Positions 44,096 to 54,745 of a stretch of DNA of 64,000 nt are shown here, piece after piece (position 1 is the first letter of the stretch; each line of letters opens with the position of its first letter). The position numbers and the translations under genes are program-made. The notes under the pieces are model-generated. The model did no database searches, was not told the DNA's origin, and was given only the letters and a program-made list of their open reading frames with translations. Source of the stretch: Microcoleus sp. (GTDB taxonomy: Bacteria; Cyanobacteriota; Cyanobacteriia; Cyanobacteriales; Microcoleaceae); contig JAYFMW010000010.1 of NCBI GenBank assembly GCA_042408215.1, forward strand, positions 96,001-160,000, given 5' to 3'.

Positions 44096-47000
44096 ATGAC
44101 TTTGAACAGGCGAATTTATCAAGTAATTTTACTGGTGGCGGGGCTGTGGCTAGTTTTAGAGTTAGTCTCCCGCGCTGTGGCAGAAATTCTCTGGTTTCAG
44201 GAAGTTGGATATCTTCAGGTTTTGCTGTTGAGGCTGAAAACTCAAGGGTTGCTGGGGGTAATTCCCACTGCTATTTCTGCTGTTTTTTTGATGGGAAATT
44301 TGGCTTTAGCCCACAGCCTCAAACATCCCACTGAGGAAACCAAATCGCCGATTTCGGGGGGATTATTCGCTTCAGTAAATCTGAAAAAAACGGGGAATAA
44401 TTACCAATTATCTGTGGCTAAACCTCAACTTGCTTTTCCCTGGCTGCTGTTGTTGTTATTCGGATTGAGTTCGATCGCAGGTTTCATGGTAATTCACTTG
44501 GGGCTGTTAGCTGCGGGCGGCCTCGCCGATTTCAGTATAGCGCCACCAATTCAGTTGGGATTGGAGTCAATTGGGCCCATAGCCGTGCAGCTATTTTCTA
44601 ATTGGTGGCAGTTTGGCGTAATGCTGGGGCTGATGTTAGCTGTGACAATTAAGCCGGATTTTTGGCTGCGGGCGATCGCCCTTTTTCTCAGTTTGGCGAT
44701 CGGGCTAATTGCCGCCAGTCGTCTGGACAAAAGTATTGCCATATTTTCACCATCTTAATTTTAACATAAACGATCCTATTTTTAGTCAAGATATCAGTTT
44801 TTATATATTTGTTTTGCCAATTTTAGAGTTGCTAGCATTATGGCTGACAGTTATATTTTTGTACGGCTTAGTATCAGGCACTTTAACATATGTACTTTCG
44901 GGAAACAGCTTGAGTCAAGGGATATTTTTGGGGTTTTCCCGATCGCAGCAGCGGCACTTGTATGCCTTGGGTGCAGCTTTGATGCTAGCCTCCGCATTCC
45001 ACTATTGGCTAGCCCGTTACGAATTGCTGTACTCACGGGGAGACGTTACTTACGGGGCTAATTATGCTGACGTGACAGTGCGGCTGCCCTCCTATGGATT
45101 TTTGAGTATTTTAGCGGTGGCGATTCCCTTCGGGATAGCTTCGCTTCACGCACTTTTGACGCTGTGGCCAGTTTTGAATTTAAAACTGAAAAACCACAAC
45201 TTAAACCAGATTATTTTTGGCTTTTTAATTTTCAATATTTGCTTAGGATGGCTACTGCCAAAAATTGTCCATAGCCTGATTGTTGAACCGAACGAACTAG
45301 CGCGGGAACGGCCCTACATCGAACGCAGCATCGCCTTTACCAAACAAGCATTCGACCTCAAAAAAATAGAAGTAAAAACCTTCGATCCAGCAGGCAAACT
45401 TACCTATGCAGACTTGGAAAAAAATCAGCTTACTATCAGTAATATCCGCCTGTGGGACAAGCGACCACTGCTACAAACCAACCGGCAATTACAACAAATT
45501 AGACCTTATTATAAATTCTTAGATGCCGATATCGATCGCTACACAATTAACAACGAATTTGCAAAACAGGGAGATACCCAAAGCCAGCAAGTGATTCTCG
45601 CAGCGCGAGAATTAGACTACACAGCAGTTGCGAGGGAAGCTCAAACATGGGTAAACGAACACCTGGTTTACACTCACGGTTATGGCTTTACTCTTTCTCC
45701 TGTAAATACTATCGGTGCCGGCGGTTTGCCCGATTATTTTGTTAAAGATATTGGAGTTGATGCGGGCTCTGGCGAAAGTGCTTTAGAAATAACTAGCGAT
45801 CGCATTCGGGCCAGTATTCCGATCGGAAATCCGCGCATTTATTACGGCGAAGTCACCAATACCGACGTGATGACATCGACAAAAGTTAAAGAATTCGACT
45901 ATCCCAGCGGCGAAGAGAATGTTTACAATACATACAACGGTAAAGGCGGAATTGCGATCGGCTCTATGTGGAAGCGCTGGTTATTTGCTAATTATCTCAA
46001 AAATTGGCAAATGGCGCTCACCCGCAATTTTACGCCAGAAACTAAGTTACTGTACCGCCGCAATATCCACAAAAGAGTGCGAGCGATCGCTCCTTTTTTG
46101 CGCTACGATTCAGATCCATACTTAGTAGTAGCTAACGCCCATCTCAGTCCAGGCGATTTAATAGAAAAAGAACGGGATAAAACTGCCAATAATATTCAGC
46201 ATTTACCCTCCGTAACTCATAGTTCTCCCAACTATCTTTACTGGATTATAGATGCCTATACTACGAGCGATCGCTACCCGTATTCCGACCCAGGAAAAAA
46301 TAAATTTAACTACATCCGCAACTCAGTAAAAGTCGTCATAGATGCCTACAACGGCTCCGTTGACTTCTACGTTGCCAACCCATCCGACCCGATAATCAAC
46401 AGTTGGATTGCGATCTTTCCCGGACTGTTCAAACCCCTTGAACAAATGCCTCCGGCTCTCCGCAAACATATTAGGTATCCAGTAGATTTATTGAGCATTC
46501 AATCCGAACGCTTGCTAACTTATCACATGGAAGACCCCCAAGTATTTTATAATCGGGAAGATTTGTGGCGAATTCCCAAGGAAATTTACGGCAACGAACA
46601 GCAGCCTGTGGAACCGTACTATTTGATTACAAAACTGCCAACAGAAACCTCAGAAGAGTTTATTTTGTTGCTTCCATTTACCCCTGTAAGTCGGAATAAT
46701 CTAATTGCTTGGTTAGCAGGTAGATCCGATGACGATGATTACGGAAAATTGCTGCTGTACCAGTTTCCCAAACAGCGATTAGTTTATGGCCCAGAACAAA
46801 TAGAAGCTTTAATTAACCAAGAACCAGTCATTTCCGAACAAATATCTCTCTGGAATCGCCAGGGTTCAAAAGCAATTCAAGGAAATTTATTGGTAATTCC
46901 AATTGAACAATCGTTACTGTACGTTGAACCTCTGTACTTAGAAGCCGATCGCAATAGTTTGCCCACTTTAATAAGAGTCATTGTTGCCTACGAAAACCGG

Positions 47001-47117
47001 ATTGTCATGGCAGAAAATCTCGACGAGGCGCTCAAAGCACTTTTTCAGCCTCAAGCTACCAATAAACCCGCGATTGTTCGACCTGTAGAAGGAACGGCAC
47101 CGGCTTTGAATCGATAA
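44096..47117 (+). pseudogene. UPF0182 family membrane protein, split by a frameshift near 44720
   Basis: ORF1 (EILWFQEVGY) and ORF2 ([41 protein letters not shown]) overlap; AGT CGT C TGG ACA AAA has one extra base. Could be a sequencing error. Confidence 0.8.
45125..45148. mobile_element. 24-nt small dispersed repeat inserted in frame into a HIP1 site
   Basis: GCGAT|TCCCTTCGGGATAGCTTCGCTTCA|CGC; two mini-hairpins with TTC loops. Confidence 0.7.
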
Positions 47118-47334
47118 TTTATATCATGTCTGGTTGATTCGTTCTTGTATAATTTGCGCGGACGTAGGGGCGGGTTTTACCAACCATCTATGTTTAAAAC
47201 TAAGTATCTCGTAAACCCGCCCCCCCATGTGTTCAGGATGCCACCGGAATTGATATTATATCAAGTTTAGTTACATCATTAATAGTCCTGGACGCAAAGA
47301 AACCGGGTTTCTCTGAAAAATCCAAGATTCTCAA

Positions 47335-47978
47335 CTAGAGATCTACAAAGAAACCCGGTTTCAGTACAGGAGCAGCCTTTACATCCTGCCACCAAACCCT
47401 CTCTTCTTCTCCAGAATCCAGTTGGACAATTACGTGATAAAAATTAATCTGTTTGAGCCTGCCTGTTTTTCCATTCAAATACAATTGTTTGGGATGATCG
47501 GTACGAATTTCCACCCTTTGATTAAACAGCGGTAGCGTCTCCGTAGCAGAACCCTCAAACAAATTTTTGCCTCCCAAAAGATAGCCCAAACCAATCAAAA
47601 ATAAATTGAAGCTGTAAAAAATACCGTACAAATACCCAAAAATAGCAAATTTTTTGCTTGTGAAAAAGTTGTATAATGACTAACAATTGCTACCATCAAA
47701 GTTGCCAACCACCAGAAAGTAGCCACGAAAATTCCATCTCCTGGCAAAACATTGCCTAGGAATCCTAAAGTTGCCATCTGCGAAGCAAATGCAGTCGCAA
47801 CAATCCACTTAGTTGGCAAAAATGATGACAGCAGCCAGTCAATAGCTACAGTAAAAATGAACATAATTGCTGTCACCCAAAATGGACAGTAGGAAATCAG
47901 GGTAAAACTGACTGAAGCATAAGCAAAACCAGCCAAAACTAATCCCAATCCACTAAAGATATCGTTCCAGTTCAGCAT
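47335..47978 (-). CDS. Hypothetical membrane protein, probably one gene split by a frameshift (ORFs 47595-47978 and 47335-47631)
   Basis: Overlapping co-oriented ORFs whose hydrophobic character continues across the frame change; the second has only a TTG start. Confidence 0.45.
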
Positions 47979-48074
47979 TATTCAAACATCACTACATCTG
48001 CGTTAATCAGCGTACATCTGCCTACATCTGCGGTCAAAAAATCTCAATTTCCGAAGCGGTCAGATCGGTATGAT

Positions 48075-49025
48075 TTATCGAGGATCGATCGACTTAACAA
48101 ATTGTTGCACCGGCTGCGGTAAAGCCGGAACAAAAGTCTTTCTAAAACCTTTAACATCCAACACCCGCCACATAATACCCACCGCTACCGTCAAGAAAAA
48201 TAATGCTCCCAAAAAATTTAGCGTGTGAGAAATCCAATTGTCGCCCCTTTTTTTGGGAGGAGTAAAGTGTTTCATGCGATATACAGCCGGCAGCATTTCC
48301 GGCGGTTCCTCCCGACTGCGAGGCGGCTTTTTCGGGCGCGAACTCGAACTGCGACTCCCAGGAAAAGCCGTTTTATTAGTTTTACTAAAATTGCTGACCG
48401 GCTTCATTTCAGAACCGTCGCGCGTCCCCGTTAACCTGCTAGTAGAAGTCCCCGTTTTGCTAACAGCATCATCCTCAATGCTGCTGCGATTGGGCTGAGT
48501 CGATTTGCGTTCCGCGAGGGTTCGCATCAAACTTTGCAATTGCTGAGTTGCCGCGGCCGGACGTTCCACCTTCCTAGCCCAATTTAACAGCATCGCCCCG
48601 GTAATTCCGCAGAGATTCGCAGCCCCCACAGAAGCCATCCGCTTCAGCAGTGGCTGGCTGTTGGAAACAAAAACTACGAGTGCGTCTGGGCGTTCCTGAG
48701 CCAAACCGTAAACGCATTGAGCAGTCGCCACCACGAGCATTGCTTGTTTGCTTTGATTTTTAATAGAAGGTTCCAGCGCTCGGTGCGTTTCTTGAGCATC
48801 AGTTATGATCCAGCCACTGTCGGCAAAAAAGCGCATAAACTCCCTAGCCACTTGCTCTTGAGATTTTTCTACTGCTTTCCCTGTCAAATAATCTATTTCG
48901 TCATATACTACTTCTGGGAGATAGCAACTTCCCACTTTGGCATATTCTTGCCATACTTGGGTTCTGCCAGCCATCAAAACATCTGCATCAAAAGTTACCA
49001 ATACAGGAGGAAGTTGATTAGCCAT
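48075..49025 (-). CDS. PIN-like domain protein with C-terminal TM helix
   Basis: LVTFDADVL...YLPEVVYDEI...VFVSNSQ pattern; low-complexity linker; TM. Confidence 0.65.
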   Translation of the reverse strand: MANQLPPVLVTFDADVLMAGRTQVWQEYAKVGSCYLPEVVYDEIDYLTGKAVEKSQEQVAREFMRFFADSGWIITDAQETHRALEPSIKNQSKQAMLVVATAQCVYGLAQERPDALVVFVSNSQPLLKRMASVGAANLCGITGAMLLNWARKVERPAAATQQLQSLMRTLAERKSTQPNRSSIEDDAVSKTGTSTSRLTGTRDGSEMKPVSNFSKTNKTAFPGSRSSSSRPKKPPRSREEPPEMLPAVYRMKHFTPPKKRGDNWISHTLNFLGALFFLTVAVGIMWRVLDVKGFRKTFVPALPQPVQQFVKSIDPR

Positions 49026-49162
49026 AACTTTACCTTAGATGCTCAGATAAGTGATTTTTACTCGATACATTAAGTTTAAACAAATTGCGAGCTTTCCATT
49101 AGGTCAATCGATCAGAATTTAGGGTGCGCTGAAGCGCACCCTAGTGGTAACTAGCCTGATGA

Positions 49163-50695
49163 TTAGTTTCCAATGCCTAAACGCCCAGCTAAAGCTGGAG
49201 TCAACGGCAACAGTATAGCAATCATCAAAAACAAAGCCAACAAACCCAAAGCTGCGCGAGCGTCGTCAGGTTCAGTTAGCTCGTTGAGCGTCGGCCGCTC
49301 CAAATTCCGCTGTAAAATCAGAATTACGATCGCCCAATACAGAGCCAAAGGATTAACTAAAGAAGCGATCGCTAACACTGCAAAAGTCGCCAAAGTCGCC
49401 AGATTAGCTGTTTTCCGGCCGTAGATTGCTTGCAGAATTCTACCCCCGTCTAACTGTCCGGCCGGCATCAAATTAATCGCCGTGATTACCAAACCCAACC
49501 ACCCGATCACCACCAGAGGATGAACGTCTACCAATTGCTGCTGCAAAGCCGAACCCAAAACCACTTTTGCCAAAGTTCCCACCAAAACTGAACCCTTAAA
49601 AATTTCTGCGGGAATTTGAAACAAACTGCCGGTGTGAGAAAGTAGCAAACCCAGTACCAGCATCGACAGAGCAACTATTCCCCCGGCAGCGGGCCCGGCG
49701 ATGGAGATGTCAAATAGCACTTTGCGGTTGGGTAGCAGGGACTCAAAACGGTCGATCGCCCCAAAAGAACCTATTTGCCAAGTTGGTATAAAAAACGGCC
49801 AACTCAAGCCAACATTGTACCGACTTGCCAGCACTCGGCGAGCAATTTCACGAGAGCCTAAAACGGCCCAAATGCCTGCTGCGATTGGCAGCACTTCTAG
49901 ATATCTAGCCGGCGAGCTAAAGAAGTCGAAACCCCGGAGCAATCCACCGGTTTCCAATGTAGTAGCAAAGGTGGCCAGTAGCAGCACTACGGATAGGATT
50001 TTTTGAGATACGGTAGTTGGCTGCGGGTCGTTTTCGCTGGGTAAGATGATCGCTACCGGCTTGTCGTCCTGATTTTCTACTAAAAATAGTCGGTAGCGAT
50101 CGCCCAATCTTGCTTGTAAACTTGCCGACAACCGCGAGTGTACTAGTTCTGGATCTCCCCGCAGATTTCCTTTGAAAATCAACCCATCTTGATAGGGAAT
50201 AGTTTCTGTTGCAAAGAAAGTATCGATGCCAAAGATACCTTGAATTGCTTTTAAGTCTTCGGCGGGAACCGGAATTATTTCTAATTGATTAGTTGCCTGG
50301 GACGATGTTACGATTTTAACTGGTTCTCTGGGCGGTGTCGGCTGGGACTCAGGGGCAGAATTCCCATCGCTTGGGGACTTGATCTCAGTAGTATCGGGGG
50401 GCGAGCGCAACTCTGCATCGACTGCGGCCGATCGCAGTTCCCTACCCAGATAGATGTACAATCCTGTTGATGCCACCAGCATCAACAATACCGCCACCAG
50501 ATTTAGGTAAATCCCAGCAGAGAACAAACTAAAGAACAGCAGCCAGGGACTGAGGAGCACAACTGACTGCAACCAAGCCAAAATTCCCAGTTTGCCAAAA
50601 GGTCTGGCGCGATAAAATCCCCAACCCAGAATTCCCACAGCCACCAGTACAAGTGCGATTGTTGCCGTATTTTCCGATGAAGCAGGAGTTGACAT
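49163..50695 (-). CDS. Site-2 protease (M50, EGY-like) family protein lacking HExxH
   Basis: GSFGA, AGPAAG, NLMPAGQLDGG, GIDTFFATE. REIAR at the HExxH position. Start probably ATG 50695. Confidence 0.85.
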   Translation of the reverse strand: MSTPASSENTATIALVLVAVGILGWGFYRARPFGKLGILAWLQSVVLLSPWLLFFSLFSAGIYLNLVAVLLMLVASTGLYIYLGRELRSAAVDAELRSPPDTTEIKSPSDGNSAPESQPTPPREPVKIVTSSQATNQLEIIPVPAEDLKAIQGIFGIDTFFATETIPYQDGLIFKGNLRGDPELVHSRLSASLQARLGDRYRLFLVENQDDKPVAIILPSENDPQPTTVSQKILSVVLLLATFATTLETGGLLRGFDFFSSPARYLEVLPIAAGIWAVLGSREIARRVLASRYNVGLSWPFFIPTWQIGSFGAIDRFESLLPNRKVLFDISIAGPAAGGIVALSMLVLGLLLSHTGSLFQIPAEIFKGSVLVGTLAKVVLGSALQQQLVDVHPLVVIGWLGLVITAINLMPAGQLDGGRILQAIYGRKTANLATLATFAVLAIASLVNPLALYWAIVILILQRNLERPTLNELTEPDDARAALGLLALFLMIAILLPLTPALAGRLGIGN

Positions 50696-51190
50696 TCCTG
50701 TGGCTTGTGCTAATACGGGTTTGTGAAGGTCGATCGCGCTGTGGTCGAACAATAGCATTAAATTCCTGGCAATATGAGATGTTGTCGAAGAGAAAGTTGC
50801 TGCGAACATATCCAAACATGAAAGGAAACTAGCCTGATTACTAAGGATAACCCCTCGATGCTCCTGGGCTGACAACCGGATGTGGCTGTTTTAACTTGAG
50901 TTGATTTAACTATTGACATAATAGTATTTTTATGATATGGCATCTGCTTTGACTGACCCAAAAGCGATGCAGGAAATACTCAGATACTCATGCATAGTAA
51001 CCCGATCGCAGAGGGGAAATGAGGAAGTACAGCTCAGCGTGGGCGATCGGGGGCTTTGTTGGTAGAGGTTTGAGTATGATTTGTGTTGGAGCGACAAATC
51101 ATAGTCAAATCATCGTCTAATCATCGTCAAAGACATAGGCTGTTGCTAAATCGCTACCTAGGTAATTGGTTAAAACCCTTGTGGTGTATA

Positions 51191-51891
51191 GTTTTCTGTA
51201 ACGGGTACGGCAGGACTCGAACCTGCGACTCGCTGCTTTAGAGCTACAAGTGCAGGCCTTGCAAAAAACTCTAGAAGCCTTGACAGAAACACTGCTGGGA
51301 AGGTCTGATGAGGAATTATGTAACCCGAATAACCCGATTGAGTTACCGACTGCTATAGGTAACTTGATGGTAGAGAATGAATCCCTCAAAACTGACTACG
51401 CCAAACTCCTAGAGAGCAGCACTCGTGTTACCAACAACCTCAGAGAGGAAGTGCAGAAATTGCGATCGCAGGTCCAGACAGAGAGAACTAAATGGGAAGA
51501 GCTACGGGAAGAGCTTGACGATCGCCCTGAGATTCAAAAATCTGTTCTGGCCGTCGCAGATTTTCCAGAACCAAGTGACTTACTCAACCAGTTGAGGACG
51601 CGGCGCAAAAAGTCGCGGGCGGACTTGGCGGATATAGAGGCGGTTTTGGACATACTAGGCTCGGAGAGTTGACCCGTGTCTACCTAAAGGATACCGGGAT
51701 ACCGCATGACTCAGATAGGCAGTGTTGTGCAATTGTCTTGCACAACAATTGCACAACAAATGCACAACAAATGCACAACAAACAAGGTTTGAGCCGCTCT
51801 CTACTTTGCGGTAAAGAACGGCTCAAAGCATTGATGCTATTAGGTTTTCTGTAACGGGTACGGCAGGACTCGAACCTGCGACTCGCTGCTT
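51191..51891. mobile_element. Vestigial tRNA-integrated island bounded by 48-bp direct repeats
   Basis: 51191-51238 is identical to 51844-51891 (tRNA 3' half plus flank); offset 653 bp. Confidence 0.8.
51250..51672 (+). CDS. Hypothetical coiled-coil protein, probably 5'-truncated island cargo
   Basis: Heptad-rich 140-aa ORF whose frame runs back into the att repeat. Confidence 0.5.
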   Translation: MQALQKTLEALTETLLGRSDEELCNPNNPIELPTAIGNLMVENESLKTDYAKLLESSTRVTNNLREEVQKLRSQVQTERTKWEELREELDDRPEIQKSVLAVADFPEPSDLLNQLRTRRKKSRADLADIEAVLDILGSES

Positions 51892-51928
51892 AGAAGGCAG
51901 CTACTCTATCCACCTGAGTTACGCACCC
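51855..51928 (-). tRNA. tRNA-Arg (anticodon TCT)
   Basis: GGGTGCGTAACTCAGGTGGATAGAGTAGCTGCCT-TCT-AAGCAGCGAGTCGCAGGTTCGAGTCCTGCCGTACCCG folds as a cloverleaf. Confidence 0.95.
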
Positions 51929-52286
51929 AACTCAAAAATTCAGACGTCAGCTAAAAATTTGCTAACAACATTATTGTATCGGTACAGTGTGCGATCGAGC
52001 AAGTAAACTTTTGAGAAAAGTTACTCTCTGGGTAGTTGACCCTCCAAAGCGGGCTGCTGCAAGTCCTGTTAGATGTTGTCGAAGAGTTGGAGCGAGTTTA
52101 CTCCAAAATGCCGATCGCCCCTGCCCCTATGAATCTTTTACCTACTGGTAGGAGGAGTCCAGAACAATGAAGTAGAACCGCATAGATGCTCTTGTCAAGG
52201 TTCAGGGTGCCTTTCCGCGGCAAGGTGTTTCAGTGGTTGGCTATTTGATACAGTATCAAAATACCACAAATTGAGGTAGTTTGATA

Positions 52287-52429
52287 GTGTCAAAACCAGA
52301 AATATTGATTACTTTTCGCGTCACCCAAGAAAAAGATCTATTGAAACAATACTGTGAAAGTCTGCCAGAAATCAAACAGATGTCCTGAGAGAACTAATCA
52401 GATATCTCAAGGGAAGGATAAAATGTTGA
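52287..52429 (+). pseudogene. Frameshifted CopG/ribbon-helix-helix gene
   Basis: VSKPEILITFRVTQEKDLLKQYCE / (frameshift) SARNQTDVLRELIRYLKGRIKC*. Confidence 0.6.
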
Positions 52430-52680
52430 CTCTGTGGCGAACCCGCCACGGGGGAGGTCTCACTACCTCCCACGGCGGTCGCGGGTGGGTGTTGCGGGTT
52501 CCCCTCCCACTTCTATAAAAACCAGATCATAGGACGTGAACTAGGGTAAGGTGTAAAGGTGAGCGCGATCGCAGCTCAAAAATAACCTAGTCCAAATAGT
52601 CCACCAATAGAATTACTTGTTTAGAGATTACAATTACAAGCACAGCACCTCGGCCATGACAGGAGTCAAATCGCAGTGTC

Positions 52681-53355
52681 ATGTTTATTCTGAAACGGCA
52701 GGATGTTGAAATCACCAATTTTCAACACCCAAAACGGGATCAGCAAATCCCCATTCTCAATTATCAGGGGCAGACATTCCGCCTAATCAACGCCTTCAAC
52801 GGCAAACAAGCAGAAGACGCCAGAGCCTTGTGGCGGGACTTAACCGACAACAAAGGCAAAGCCTGCGTGCTGCTAGAAGAGCCGGATAGATATAGCGTCT
52901 GGGGCAAAGTTCGTTTAGACCAGCTTGTCGGCGAAGAACCGACAGGTACGGCCTGTGCCAAAGCACCGCTGTTCGCACAGGGTTGTCTGCTGCTGCTCCA
53001 AGCTGTTTACTTCGATGTAGAAGACCTCCTAGGCGCAAGACAAGCCACATCGTTTCAGAAAGATATCGCCAAGGTATTTCAGCAGGGAAACTTCCCCCAG
53101 GCAGACTCCCCTGATGCCATCAAAAATTGGCTAACCGTTAGTCCCTTAAAAGGTCTGAATCTACCCCCTTGGCAAGAGCAGCATCTCAAGACATTGTTGC
53201 AAGAACTGCACCGTTTGGGCAAATCATATTTTGGCAATACCGGCTTCGCTGAGGGAGTGAGCGACGTGCTGGAAGATATGCCAGCACAGGAGCGTAATCA
53301 GTTTCTAGATTGGCTCAAACAATCAGCCCTCAACAAGTTGTGGATCGCATCATAA
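52681..53355 (+). CDS. Conserved cyanobacterial protein (Npun_F0813-like)
   Basis: MFILKRQDVEI...HPKRDQQIPILNYQGQTFRLI, WRDLTDNKGKACVLLEEP recognised from memory. Confidence 0.65.
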   Translation: MFILKRQDVEITNFQHPKRDQQIPILNYQGQTFRLINAFNGKQAEDARALWRDLTDNKGKACVLLEEPDRYSVWGKVRLDQLVGEEPTGTACAKAPLFAQGCLLLLQAVYFDVEDLLGARQATSFQKDIAKVFQQGNFPQADSPDAIKNWLTVSPLKGLNLPPWQEQHLKTLLQELHRLGKSYFGNTGFAEGVSDVLEDMPAQERNQFLDWLKQSALNKLWIAS

Positions 53356-53529
53356 AAAATCTTTGACAATTGCTTAGACAATTGGGCTTAGACAATTGTC
53401 ATGACTGTAGGAGGTACGCGATCGGCTGGTTGGATGGCCAACTGGTATTTGCAACCAAATTGTTAAGTTGGTTTGGATGCCACCTACTTTCTGGCAATTG
53501 AACTGCTAGTTAGGTCTCTTGGAATCCCT

Positions 53530-54600
53530 ATGAGTAGCACTTCAGAAAAGTCATCTACATCTCCATCTTTATTGTCAGCTCAGACCCTAGTCATTGTCGG
53601 CATTGTCTGGGCGGTCATGGCGCTGCTGTTTTTTTTGCTGTTCAGCGTCCCCGTCCCTGGAGAGGGTCTACCGCTTTGGTACTCGATCGGCACTTATGTT
53701 TTTGAATGCGGGGCATACTTCGGAGCTGCCCTAGTTTGTTTCAGAAACTGGCAAAGCCCTCAAATGGTCAGCGGGCGCAACGTCTGGCTGGGCATTGGTC
53801 TGGGGATGCTGTTCTACTTTATCGCCGGCGTGATATTTGGCATTTGGGAACTCTACTTCGGGATGGATCCGGACGTGTCCCCAGCAGATGCGTTTTATCT
53901 GGGCAGCTATGTGGTACTGATCGGGGGCATGGTTGTGGCTGTTACCTCCAAGCGGCTGAATCTAGAAATTTGGCAGTGGGGTCTGTTATCGGCAATAGCT
54001 GCCTTCGGGATTGCGATCGCGCTCTGGGTGGTGGCACCTGACTTTTGGAGGGTAAAGCTAGGACTGGCTCCGGCATCGACTCAGGAAGTAGTGACAGAAA
54101 CTGCACCGGACTCAACTAAAGAAACAGCGAAAGCCCCTGGTTTGAAGGACTCGCCGACCTCAAAGGGAAAAGGATCGACCCCGCCTGTGGCTAAGTCGGC
54201 ACCAGAAGCAGCAGAAGCAGAAGAAACTAAAGCTCCTGGATGGGTTTTGGCGCTAGACAAGCAACTGTCACCCTATGCCTACGCCATCAATCTGTTTTAC
54301 ATCGTGGGGGACGTTTTTCTGCTGATTATTGCTACTGCACTGCTGCTGGCTTTTTGGGGAGGACGTTTTTCCCAATCTTGGCGGATGATTGCGGCTGCAA
54401 CTTTTTCGCTGTACATCGCGGATATGTACTTTAAGTGGCGAGATACTCAAGGGGATGGTACTTACCAAAGTGGCAATTTGTTGGAAGTCTTTTTTGTTTT
54501 CAGCGCCATTTTGTTCGGAATAGGAGCTGTCTTGGAACATGACATCTCAACCCGTTCACGGCAGAGCAGGCGCAGTCGGCGCGCTGAAACAAGGATTTGA
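53530..54600 (+). CDS. Hypothetical multi-pass membrane protein
   Basis: About eight TM helices and a Pro/Ala/Lys-rich loop; ATG at 53530. Confidence 0.75.
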   Translation: MSSTSEKSSTSPSLLSAQTLVIVGIVWAVMALLFFLLFSVPVPGEGLPLWYSIGTYVFECGAYFGAALVCFRNWQSPQMVSGRNVWLGIGLGMLFYFIAGVIFGIWELYFGMDPDVSPADAFYLGSYVVLIGGMVVAVTSKRLNLEIWQWGLLSAIAAFGIAIALWVVAPDFWRVKLGLAPASTQEVVTETAPDSTKETAKAPGLKDSPTSKGKGSTPPVAKSAPEAAEAEETKAPGWVLALDKQLSPYAYAINLFYIVGDVFLLIIATALLLAFWGGRFSQSWRMIAAATFSLYIADMYFKWRDTQGDGTYQSGNLLEVFFVFSAILFGIGAVLEHDISTRSRQSRRSRRAETRI

Positions 54601-54745
54601 GATTGAGGATTGCTGGCAAGCCCTTGGGATGCAACAGCTTTGTAGCCCTAGCCAACATTTCTCAGATGCAAATTCACAATCGAAATTCACAGTTCGTTGA
54701 CGGTTAGCCTGCGCTTGGACAGGTCTTTTTGCTGGAAAACTTGGC

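Noticed and set aside
52029..52040. GGGTAGTTGAC, resembling a HEARO 5' end on the minus strand
   Set aside because: No hairpin or later HEARO blocks follow.
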